From positions 1,674,001 to 1,738,000 of the forward strand of contig JBPQGU010000016.1 in assembly GCA_051362555.1 (NCBI GenBank): 64,000 bases of DNA. Reading direction: 5' to 3'. Made by a program: the position numbers and the translations under genes. A model generated the notes under the pieces. That model searched no databases and had not been told where the DNA came from. It worked only from the letters and a program-made list of their open reading frames with translations. Positions 12,954 through 24,937 of this stretch are shown here, piece by piece. This DNA comes from Lingula anatina (Eukaryota > Animalia > Brachiopoda). Positions within the stretch are counted from its first letter, which is position 1. Every line of letters starts with the position of its first letter.

Positions 12954-15900
12954 ATGTCCACCCATGAACCAGGGATAGATATGGATTACGTCAACCCAGG
13001 AGCTGACAAATTAAAGGAAGTGTTGTCTGGGCACTACCATAACATTGTGGACAATGTTAGGATATTACCTGTCGTGGAAGCAAAACTTGTCCAAGATGGG
13101 CTTTTCTCTGATGACAGTCTTGAGGCAATAATAGTAAGTATCGTGACAAGTGTCGTAAATAATCTATTGTAGAAATGACGTTTTGGAACCTCATTCTTTC
13201 GACGCTCATACACTAAACTTTGAAAAAGGACCCACGTTGGGCACCCTCACAAATATACACTGTTCTTTTCCCAACGCCGATTTTAATAGGATCACGCATA
13301 CTGAGGTATGTTGTATGTATATTTTTCTGCCACGTTAGCTGTATTAAACCTCAAACACGGATGAGAGAACGAGGTTTGATTGGAATGCAAATTGCACGAT
13401 TGCTGGACAGGGGCAGCTAGGGTAAAAACCCATTTTGTGGCTTAATGTCAATTTTCCGATAACAAAAGTACTACGATTCACGATACCCTGACAATAAACG
13501 ATTCAATAAAAACGCTTTGTGCAAACCAGTAGCGATTCACAACAGCCTTCATATGCGCATAACAAATGCCTCACATAAATACACTCCATAAATAGAAATG
13601 TCACATGATCATCAATATGGCAGTATGGAAGGTGACCGGGTGTTCCTTCTAAAAATAAAACATCCCAATAGGTGACGCACTTGAGTTTTCTTTTTCAAAT
13701 TTGGGTCACTTTATAAGTTGTTTTTATTTCATTTTGTGGCTTATTGTAATTATTCTTTGTTAAGATTGGATTTGTTCCTAATTATCATGCATTATTGGGA
13801 TGTTTTATTTTTAGAACGAGCACCCGGTCACCTTCCATATTGCCATATTGATGATCATGTGACAGATCTATTCATGGAATGCTTTTATGTAAGACATTTG
13901 TTATGCGCACATAAAGGCTGTTGCGAATCGCTATTGGTGCGCACAAAGCATTTTTATTGAATCGTTTATTGCCAGGGTCTTGTAAATAATAACTTTTTTG
14001 GAACATTATAGAGGAACAGATTTTCTTGACAGTAACAAAGGTCCAAAATTGTATTTCTGATGAGAAATTTGAGCTTTAGGTATTAAGTATAAAGATTTGA
14101 CCCGAGGTTAAATTAAAGGTGTTTTTCGGTAAATGCACTAAAAAGTTATTTTATGAAGACAATGGAAATAAAACAAAACATTTAGGGTAATTTCTAATAA
14201 CTTGGTCTATATTTAAGGGATATTATGATATTTTGACAGTTTTTACGTATTACATCGTGTGATTAAAATGCACTGCCAAGCTTTACGGAAGAGTCAAAAT
14301 CTCAGTGATTCAGAGTGATTAAAAATAAAGTAATAATATCTCTCTATTCTGCTGGGTGTGAAATATAAAGAAGAATCATTGTGCCTTCAAAATACCAAAA
14401 TATGAATATATTACGATATTTAAAACGGTAATTGAAGTACATGAATAATGAAGGATGGATGGTACACGTATATAACCTTGAAGGAGTTCAGTTTAAAGAT
14501 CACAAATAATGTTTATAATATAGGCCTAGGTGACACGCTTACGTTTTCTTTTTCATATTTGGCTCACTTTTTTATTTAATTTTGTGACTTATGTTGTAAT
14601 TATTCTTTGTCAAGATTAGATTAAACTCCTTCACTTTCATGTACTGTATCACCCGGCACTTTTCAATTTTATACTTAACCGACAGGCATTGTTTCCTTAG
14701 TTCCCTGGATGTATTACGTGTATAATCCAACAATATTCTGTTGAAAATATCCTTGTCTGTGAAAAGAAAATATTCTTGGAGTTCCTACGACTGAAGGTAC
14801 CCTTGGCAACTTCTTTACTGGCTTTAGTTTATGATAATGGTTTATTCTCCAGCGCCAAACATATATAACAAAGGAAAATCATCCATTTTATCTTTTAAGG
14901 TGATTATACAATATTCATCTTTTGATTGTTTGAGATTAGCATTGATTCTTTCTTATAAATACCATCCAGCAGATGGTGAGAGATTTCCGCTGACCACGAT
15001 GACTGAGGTACTTGGTTCATTAACGAGGATTCTGGCTATTCAGTCTAGCCTGTCAGTAACCTGCCAGCTCACATGAAAACTGAATTCACCGTTAAATGTG
15101 CCAATCGCAGTTGTAACATGATAAATGGAATCTACAACCCCTAAAACATTAGAAACGATATATGGTGCACTTAAGTACTTTTTTTGTCGTGAACGGTAGG
15201 CTGTGTTTTGAAAATTGTCAATTTTCCGACTTAAATATTTGTTTTAATATTTAAAATAAATGATCGTCAGATTTGTGTTCACCGCCAAATATTGGCCTCA
15301 GAAAACACCTGTTATACACAATCTTTTAAATTTACTCCCCCCCCCCCCAATCATTGCAAGTAGTCAACCAAACAGATTTCATATTTCTTTCACACAAAAT
15401 GAGTTCACATTGTTTTAGCTAGAATTTTTATGTGATGGTTGGTCACTCAGTGAGCATTAAATTGTGACGTGAATATACTTGTTATGTAGACGTCACATAC
15501 AATTGTAATGTTACTATAATTATTATACTGAGGGTTGTGTAAGTTTTATGGCTTATACTGTAAATGTACGTATCCGCCTGTATTTACTAGCATTTACAAA
15601 ATCAACTACTGATAATTCTTCCTTACTTCACAGGACGGATCCTAATGTATTCCAGTAATTAACTGGTCTAGACGACATCCAAATTGGGTTTTGCCTTGTT
15701 AAAACCATTATGAACATGTCTATTGGCATGTCTATGTGTAATTAAATTGTGGGCGTTATAGATCAAAGTACACACACTGCACAATAGAAGTGTCACCCCT
15801 ACTGAACCAATACTATGGGGGAGATAAATGATTGTGGAATGATATGCTCCTGGTATCATTTTATTAACATCAAATTTCACAAAAAATCATAAAACGAGAA

Positions 15901-18900
15901 CAAAATATACATTCTACCAAAATATCGGTTCAAGTCCAAAATTAGTATTTAGTGGCATAGCCACGTGACCTAATAATAGGTGCCAGTCTACGAGGCAAGG
16001 ATTCATATAATTGGCTGATGCGTTCAGGGCTTATGCTGGCCCAAGCATGAAACACTGAAAATAACAGGGTTTCTCTGCTGGTTAGACGGGCATTTGTAAA
16101 AAGTTTTGACATATCGTTCCACACATTTTCTATTATGTTTGCATCTGGACTCTGGGCAGGCCACATCACCCTGCGAATGTCCTGTTGGTCAAACCAATCA
16201 TCAACTGCTCTGGGCCTGTGACAAGGGGCATTGTCATCCTGGTGAACAAATGGATAATTCCTGTCACCAAACATGTTAGTAATAGATGGTAGCAAGCCTG
16301 ACTCCAAAACATCGATATATTTCTAGTGATTCATGTTTGCATCAAACGCTATCAATTCGCCCACGCCATGGATGCTGATGCAACCCCACACCATGATGAA
16401 TATGCTGCTCCGGGTTCGACAATTCAGTGCATGTGGTTCAAATGCTTTACCAGCAGTTCGCCAGCATCGTACCCGCCTGTCATCAGAGGTCAGACCAAAG
16501 CGACACTAATCAGAAAAAATATATATAGGACCAATTGTCATGGACTGTCCAGTTCCAGATCCTGTTGACCCTAGTTCACTCTACGTTGCCTGTTTTGTAA
16601 CGATATAAGAGGTTTCAGTCTTGCTACCCTGCTGTACACTCTATGAGCATGTAACCGACGCCTAGCAATTTTCACAGACACATTCTTATGTGTGAAATTG
16701 TTCCACTATGTTGTCAACTGACAAGCAGTGTCGAACTTTTACAGCCTGGACATCAAAATCAGTCGTCGCTCTTCACGGCCATTAGTTTTTCTTGGACGAC
16801 CCATCAGAGGCAATTTGTCTCTTGATCCAGTGTTTCTATACCGAGACCAGACCCTCTGCACGGTTCTGACTGAACAATTCAATTGTATCGATATTCTGAA
16901 ATTGCTTATATTCCGCCTCTTCAGGTTAATAACTTGCACCTATAACCGTTAGATAATTGCCTGTATCTTGCCATATTGGAGGAAGACAAGAATAACATTT
17001 ACTGTACATGTACAAGACCAACAATACAATTCCATGGTATAGCGGTTTTATACTCATTAGTCACATTATTAGTAGACCAGGCATTATAAGTACCCAAGAT
17101 CTGCCTACTTTTATTACTCTGAGTTAGGGGGTGACACTTCTATTGTCCAGTGTGTGTACATTATATTGAATTTACAGGTCTGGCAAATGAAATTTAGTTC
17201 AAAAACATCTGATGATTAAGCTTTTAAATACAGTTGTATAAATATTTAAAGAAAAAGCATTTCTTTTGATTAAATCATATAGTAAAGGAATGTTTTATTA
17301 AAGCTACAGATTTTCGGAAAAAGCCTGCCCATTAATATTTTGTACAGCTTTTTGGAAAATCTCTGCATTTTCTAAGTAATATATGAAATGTACAAAGTAG
17401 AGTTTGAATTGTCTGCCACCCAGTAGCTAAACTTTGCAATATTTGAGAGTACATCGATTTTGTAATCCGGCACCTTGAAGGAAAAATTCTGCTGATAAGC
17501 TGAAAAACTAAAAATCAGTATTACATACTGCGAATTGACCAACATATATTTTATAGATTTGAACTACTTTTTTTTTGTATTTTATGAAACAAACAATATA
17601 ATTCCAGAATAATATTAAATAAGCATGAAACTAATCAAACACAGATCCTAAAGAGTGTATAACGTCCCAACTAAAGCCATTTTATCAATGGTCCACACTG
17701 CCGTAGGTTAAGATGAACACTAAGTGAGAAAGAAAATTACTGAGTTCAATATTTTTTCACTCGAATAAAATCCACTTTTCTGTTATTAAATGACCAGTGT
17801 ACTATTGAAAAAATGACGTTTTCCTAAAATTTATATGAATAAAAAGTTGATAACTTTCCTTGCCACACCTTTATTGAAATAAAACATTCCTTTACTAAAA
17901 GCTGTAATCAATCAATTTTTTTTCTTTAAATTTTTATGTAATTATGTAAAAAGTATCGTCATCAGATGTTGTTTTTTTTTTTACAATTCACATAAAACTA
18001 ACAAGGCTGAATTTCATTTGCCAGACCTGAAGCTTAATATTATTTAATGTTACATCCCTTTATCTTTTACACATGGTATACAGACAAACTGGTAGCTCAC
18101 CTGCAAATTACTTGGCAAATGATCTTATTGGTTCTTTAGGCTTATGGGATTATGCGAATATTCAATTGGTATCTGACCTAGACCAATTAGTGACTGGACT
18201 GCGACACACACACATATTGTAGCTGTATTGTATGTATCTTGAAATTAATTCACCTTTTTGTTTGCAGGGACCATGCATTACTGAGGCAGGTAAGACCTTA
18301 GCAGTGCTAAAAAACCTTCCCAGAACCACCCAGGACCTGTACACTTTTGTGAATATTATAATGCCGCACTACCCACATGTTGCTGGACCTTTGAAAAAAG
18401 GCCTTGATGCTGTGTGTTTAAGATCACATTTGCCAACACCAGGTAATTACACAATATTGTATAAATAATAAACTTTGGGAGTTACATACTTTACTTTTGA
18501 GTGTTTTTCCTCTTACATGTACGAGGTAGCTTAATAATGATAAAAGGCAACTCAGAAAAATAGCCATCTCCCTGTAGAACCCTATCTATAATAATGAACT
18601 TCAAGAGTGTTTAGTAATCTGTCTGATCGTTTGGAGCTGCTTTCAATGTTAGGCAATTAAAATTACTTCGAAAGACAAAAAACAACCAGTTATTTAAACG
18701 ATTTTCGAGACATACTTCATCAAAATTGTGACTGTCATAGTTTTCACTAGACGGCTTAAACTCAATTCGGGATTAATATACACTGTACGTGTATTATATT
18801 CTAATTCGCTGAAGCTTAAACGTATATTAAGTATTGATGGTCTAATAACTCTCAACGACTAAAACCACTTCATCTTGAAATATCAAAATCATTTATTTAT

Positions 18901-20232
18901 AATTTGCAAGGAAAAATTGCTCCATTAGAGTAAGATCTCTTCATAGCCCAATTCCAATTCCAGTTATGGTGCAGTTCTTATATAAATCTGATAATTTTAA
19001 CCAATATCTTCATACACTTGTCTTTATACAAAACATATTTATAAGGAATTAGGTGGAGAACCAGTGTCTGTACAGCAGGGCTGAACGACCTCGAATGATC
19101 GTTTCCCTTTCTCACGTGATCTGGTAACCGTTTGAATACAGGGCCCCCTGCATAACTCCCAAATGACCTTCCTCCTAAGGCACGCCATCGTTGACCCGTT
19201 ATAAGACAATAAATACATTTATAACCTATCTATCATGGAATACCCATTCCCTTCGACAGATAGAATCCATATCATAGTATACATGTATGCACTCTGTTTT
19301 ACGTTAATCTTATTAGACTTGTAGGGCCTATAAATAATCCTCTGTGTGTCATTTTAACTAAAATGTATTATTTTTTTCATTTAACAGTATCTGAAGGCGC
19401 AAACAACACTGACGTCAAAACTATGCATGGTTCTGAAGTGAGTGATGACACAGCTGTGAAAGTACCTTGCCCCCAAGAACCTGAGCGCAACAACACTGAT
19501 CTGAAAACGTCAAATGTTCCAACAACACCAGCTATGCCTATCGAATTGGGCTCTCTCTGGAAGGTAATTGCTGGCCACATCAAGTTACAGTCAGCAGAAT
19601 TAGAGCAAAAGGTGGAGGAAAGGTTAGCACAATTGGACCTTGAAAAGGCGAGAGAAGAAGAAAAACGTGTCGCTGAGCAGAAAAAAATGGTAGAAGACAT
19701 GCAGGCATTGAAAAAGGATTACGAAACTGCCAATTTTCGATTAGACAGCAAAGGTAAGCAGCTAGAATATGCTACAAAGCAGCTGGAACACAGCAGGGGC
19801 GATCTACAAAATGCTCAAAACCGGCTAGATGAGTCTGAGAAAAAAAATACCTACTTAACCGAGCAGCTAGAAGATGCTACAAAGCAGGTGGAACACAGCA
19901 GGGGCGATCTCCAAAATGCTCAAAACCGGCTAGATGAGGCAGAGAAAAAAAATACCTACTTAACCAAGCAGCTAGAAGATGCTACAAAGCAGCTGGAACA
20001 CAGCAGGGGCGATCTCCAAAATGCTCAAAACCGGCTAGATGAGGCAGAGAAAAAAATTATCTACTTAAAGGAGCAGCTAAAACAAAAGGACCACACCATC
20101 CAAGAGCAAGCAGACCTCATAAACGAACTGGAGGCTAAGGAAACACAACAAACGAAAACCGAGAGACGTGAACAGCAGTCCCAGGGTAATATTTGTGTGA
20201 AGATATGCTGTTGCTATATTGCATGTGAATAA
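12954..20232 (+). CDS. CARD-like death-fold plus coiled-coil protein (paralog A, ~399 aa)
   Basis: Exons 12954-13133 (GTAAGT donor, phase 0), 18268-18442 (phase 1) and 19388-20232. Joined N-terminus LKEVLSGHYHNIVDNVRILPVVEAKLVQDGLFSDDSLEAII|GPCITEAGKTLAVLKNLPRTTQDLYTFVNIIMPHYPHVAGPL fits the six-helix CARD pattern. Exon 3 is heptad-rich. The 3' end is uncertain (possible donor at 20186); a possible 5' UTR exon ends at 12122. Confidence 0.8.
13486..13977. mobile_element. Non-autonomous DNA transposon with ~185-bp TIRs
   Basis: 13486-13670 is the imperfect reverse complement of 13793-13977 (ccctgacaataaacgattcaataaaaa / tttttattgaatcgtttattgccaggg). Confidence 0.75.
15771..17156 (-). mobile_element. 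Tc1 (DD34E) transposon with decayed transposase
   Basis: TIRs cacacactgcacaatagaagtgtcacccc / ggggtgacacttctattgtccagtgtgtg with TA flanks. HTH region SVRTVQRVWSRY...GRPRKT (16739-16939). Catalytic region HQDDNAPCH...WPAQSPDANIIENVW with D34E spacing (15942-16307). Reading frame is disrupted. Confidence 0.92.
17175..18029. mobile_element. Non-autonomous Tc1/mariner-like element
   Basis: TIRs caggtctggcaaatgaaatt / aatttcatttgccagacctg with further imperfect inverted subterminal sequence; TA on the left flank. Confidence 0.65.
19756..20080 (+). repeat. Coding 105-bp (35-aa, five-heptad) tandem repeat, about three copies
   Basis: Units begin at 19756, 19861 and 19966 (partial at 20071) and encode QLEDATKQLEHSRGDLQNAQNRLDEAEKKNTYLT. 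Confidence 0.92.
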
Positions 20233-23200
20233 TGATTCATTCAGTTGTGATGCTTAAGAGGCAAAAAATACTGACTCTTATTCTGGACACTCACGCAGAT
20301 CTGCCGATGTTGTGTAGAGATTCCGACTTTTTGCCCTTTCTCATCAGGGAACTGTCACTACAGGTGACACTGCTGGTGGTATTGCAGTCGTCAAGTGATT
20401 TGCAATTTTTCCAAGTGCTAATGACTCTTGTGAGTCGTTAGCTTGTATGGTGGAGGACAGGGTTTTTGACATTCATCATTCATCATCCTGATGAATGATG
20501 GATATAAAAAAAAAATGTATGGAACGTATAACTTGTTCACTGGTCTTGTCGTGTTCTTTGAGAACTGATAACTAGCGAAAGTTTGTTTTTGTATAGAACC
20601 ATAAAACACTTTTGCATTGCTGTCTGTTCCATGCAGCTTCTCAGCTGGCTTGATCACAGTGGGGTGACAATGTGAGAAGTATTATCTGGGGCTATACATA
20701 ATGAAACCGTTTCGGTATTACTGCGTGAAATTTAAGCTTTAAAAATTGTTTGGACTGGCGCCAGATGACTTGCTTACCCTTAATTTTACTCTTATACGGT
20801 ACACATTATGTTATCATTTTGCATTCCATTTTACAAAGATTATCACAGATTCAAACACAGATTTATTTTATTATATTTATGTATGATCAACCTGTAACTT
20901 TGTTTTTAGCTGTTAACGTAACAATCATTTAACAATGCATGTACTGAAGCTTTTAAGGATAATCATACGCAAAATTTTGATACCGACGTCAATTGAATCA
21001 TAATGGCAAAAAACGTCGACAGCTTTTGGGTAATGAAGCCATGAGGACACCTCTGTAAGTGGTTGATAAATTAAGAGTTATCCTTTTCTGTAGGTATTAA
21101 AATTAGTTTATTTGTAACAAACGGTATTCATGTAGATGATCCTAGTGTATTTGAACTACCGGTGCATCAATTGTATACATTTATATTATATAGTGATATT
21201 TTATATTGATCTTTTAAGATTAAAATGGTACACTAACACATCGTTGATTATATTCACCATCCTGTCCCGGTTTTAATATCCGAATTTTACAAAGATTTTC
21301 AACCTTTTGATAAGTTGTTTTGTCCATGGCCAGAAATGTGCAGCATTTACGCGATACGCGAGGGCGCAACAGTAAGGCTTCACGTGACTCAACTAACCAA
21401 TCACAGCACAAGAATGGCATCGCACACAGACTCTGTGATAAGTGCTCAGCCCATTGTCAAGTAGTGTTAGTTCATGGTAACAAGCGTCTGATATGTGCAG
21501 AGAAGTTTATTATTATAATATATATTGTTCTTATTGTTACATTATTAAATCTAACTCTGTATCCAAGTAGTAACTATACTGTACCAAGTCAGGTACTGAT
21601 GATGTACAGAGGTCATATATTCCAGAATAAGCCAATACCACTGATTTATAACTTTCATTTTTGTTTAATATGTTATTCATGAAAGAGTTCATGAAAGATT
21701 ATTTTAATTTGTTAAATCGTGATCTTATTATTTTTATATTCAAATAATTGAATCTTGTGGGTAAAATTGGTCTTCCACTTCTTATTTGCATTTTTCCTTT
21801 ACTACAAGATTATTTTGGAACAGTTGCAGCATTAAAAATTTAAATAAATAGCAATCTGAAAGAAAAATTTTGCATAATTATTAAATGATGATAGGAATTT
21901 TGGATTAAGAGATTAGTTAAATACTGAGTAGTGATATGCTCAGTCAATTTATGTAGAATCTGATAATATGATTGAAAATACTGATTGAATTCTTGGCCTT
22001 GCACTGGACAGTTTTACATTTGTGCCAAGTGCTCTTTTTGGACTCCATTGTACAGTGGTAAAAAATCTTCAATTGCCATGAAATTTTTTTATCAGACTCT
22101 GTATGTTACTGCTATCGGCTGGTGCTATCGGCAACGAATCAATTTCCCATTGTTTCTGAGTGAATCTACCGTCTAAAATCACTATAACTGAAAATATTTG
22201 CGTTTTGCTGAGGGTAGTCTAGGCAATATACGGCAAACTTCTTAGTACGTGTGTACAACAAAATTTTTTTAAAAACCCTAGCGATATTTGGTCAGGAGTT
22301 GCTTGAAGCATAGCACAGCGTTGCTGTCTATCGGCATCAGGCCGTTAGTTTGTCAATTCTCACGAATTACCCACGAATCGCGAACCCATGCATTTCCCTA
22401 TGGCAGTGGGCTAGGCGTGACGTCATGCAGTGCATTTCTGGGGATGCAATAAAAATCCACATTCCATCGATATTCAGGTAAAGTCTTGCACACAACTTAC
22501 AATCTAATACTGACTTTACTGTGTTCCATGCATGAGAAATGCCAGAATTTTATTAAGATCAATATACATGTGGTACATTTATGAAATTAATTTAAAGCAT
22601 TTTAACAAGTGAAGGTCATGTGTTTTCCATAATGTTGAATGTTCCAGTGAAATACTTGCATTTTGGATATTTCTGCAAGGAAATATTCATAAATGCATGT
22701 ATGTATTATTTCATACTATTTACTGTACGCGAAAAGACAAAAACTGTCCTTGCCTCTATTAACCGAGAAAAGAAAACTTATTTAACACAAGATTAGATTG
22801 TATAAATGATTTACTAATTGTAGCGTATACATGTACATCTACATGGGTAGATGAAAATATACAATAGAAGTATGATTACATGTATAAATATGTACTGGTA
22901 TACCATATGCAATGATATGATATGACTTTTCATATAAAATGAGACTGAGCTCTAGAGACTACAACCGGTAGATGCAGCACTGTCTTCTAGATCTCTCTTA
23001 CCAAGGGCATTAGTGAGGTACTCAGTTCATGCAACCAGGCTTTCATTCTCTAGGGATTCCATGATGCATCGAGAAATTATTCATCGATTGTTCTTTGACA
23101 AAAATTTGTAAAGTGTTTTGTAAATACCTTGTACAGTGAGATTTGAAGGTCGTTGTACAGGAACACTTTGTGCATTTAATCTTCAATTTTATCTTGAAAG

Positions 23201-23493
23201 CAGTGGTAGCATGTTCTGTCAGACCAAAGTTGTTGTTTCAATGTAGAGTTTATTAGCACTATAGCTAATGCGAAAACGACTGAGAGTTTTTGTATTATTT
23301 TTTTTCAAAATCAAATCAAAATCGTATGATATAAAAGAAGATGGTGCACTGTGATGATATACTTTCTGTAAATTAGAAATCCGTGTATTGTTTAAATTGT
23401 TTTTGTTAATATTTAAGTTAAAAGTTTGTTGATACCAGCTTGATATGATATGAAACTAGCAATTGCTTTCATTGTTCATGTCGGTTTTAATTC

Positions 23494-23496
<3 letters not shown>

Positions 23497-23545
<49 letters not shown>
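23497..23545 (+). repeat. (ATT)n microsatellite
   Basis: Direct inspection. Confidence 0.9.
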
Positions 23546-24088
23546 GTAATTGCTAATATTGTCTCACAGTTTGTGCTGGTCGTTATACTGCAATCCTCCC
23601 AGTCCGTCATGAACTTAGACGAACGGCACCTTTCTGTTATTATTATTTGTAAGTTTTATTATCTTGGTTTTGATTTAAATGTATGATTTTTTTATCATTT
23701 AATGGGAGTTTACAAATGATTTTAGAAAAAAAAAACGCGGAAGCCCTTACACTTTATTATTTCAAAGTGCCACGCTTGGTAATAAATGCAATGTGTAAAC
23801 ATACCTGGTGAACTTTCTTTTATCGCATTCCAGTTCACGTCGTGACAAAGAGGCGGTAAACTGAGGTCTTGTGTAGTACGTCAAAATACAGTATACAGTA
23901 GTTTCGTTTATTCACTGTGATATAATACTGTAGAGGCTTTCAAACGGTTATATTTTTATATGAGACTAAATTACGTGAATCTTCGAAAAAACAAATACAT
24001 TCAATGAATTCTGTAATATTTTACCAGTACATGTTGTAACAGAGTGATTTTATCGCATGACATCTTTGCGTCATTTTTGTTACGTTAA

Positions 24089-24425
24089 AGGGATAATAAC
24101 TCTTCGTTTCGGCCAAAAAATGAATTTTCCTGGAGTAAACAACAATTTTCCCATACTTACCAATGGTTAATGAATCCATTTTTACATTCAAAGTTAGTCC
24201 TTGGTTTTTTTCTAAAAAGTTTGGTTTTTTGTTAAAATCTCTTAAGAGATTTTAACAGGGTATAGCCATCAATGGAGGTCACGTGGTCTAAAGACAAGCT
24301 CAGATATCAGAATAATAGCTATCACTGCCGTTTTTGTGGTAAAACAGAATATATTATATTTCTATGAGTTATTCACATTGTTTTTATTGTGAAATATAGA
24401 TCTCATACGAAGAGTTATTATCCCT
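24089..24425. mobile_element. Kolobok-like non-autonomous element
   Basis: TTAA target duplication around TIRs agggataataactcttcgt / acgaagagttattatccct (purine start, TTAA TSD). Confidence 0.75.
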
Positions 24426-24495
24426 TTAAGGTTTGTATTTGTGACCCGTGGATGACAACTGTAGCTATAAATACAGCGTATTTATTTTTAGACCT

Positions 24496-24507
24496 GGGAA
24501 GTTCCCC
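24496..24507 (+). promoter_or_regulatory. kB-like site GGGAAGTTCCCC
   Basis: Matches GGGRNNYYCC about 440 bp upstream of the ATG of paralog B. Confidence 0.3.
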
Positions 24508-24937
24508 ATTTTTAGAACTCTCACCTGTACATATAAAAATGTACCTCGGTCACTAGAAATTAACACACTTAAACATAAGATAACAAATGGTGATAACACT
24601 CTGTGAATTGTAGACCCATATTATAAAAATGCATGTAACAAAATCGTAGTTTGATTGTGCAACAATGAACCGCTTCCACTTCTATTATTCTCGGCTGTTT
24701 GGTTTATTCTACTTACCCCCCGTGCGTGAAATAAAAAGTCATTTACCGTATGGAAATTACACAAATAATTAGAGTTTCTCTTGTCGAATGAACATTACAA
24801 AGCGTTTTTGTTGACGTTCATGCTATATTTGATTAAGATAGTTTTGAATTTGTAGCGGCCTAGAGATACTGTAGGTATTGTTTGCGGGGGGGGGGGGGGG
24901 GAAGGGAGGGCAATCAGCTAACAAAGGAAGTATCAAG

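Noticed and set aside
23450-23686. Poly-Ile hydrophobic ORF and similar poly-Tyr, poly-Phe and poly-Asn ORFs elsewhere
   Set aside because: These are microsatellite or homopolymer translations.
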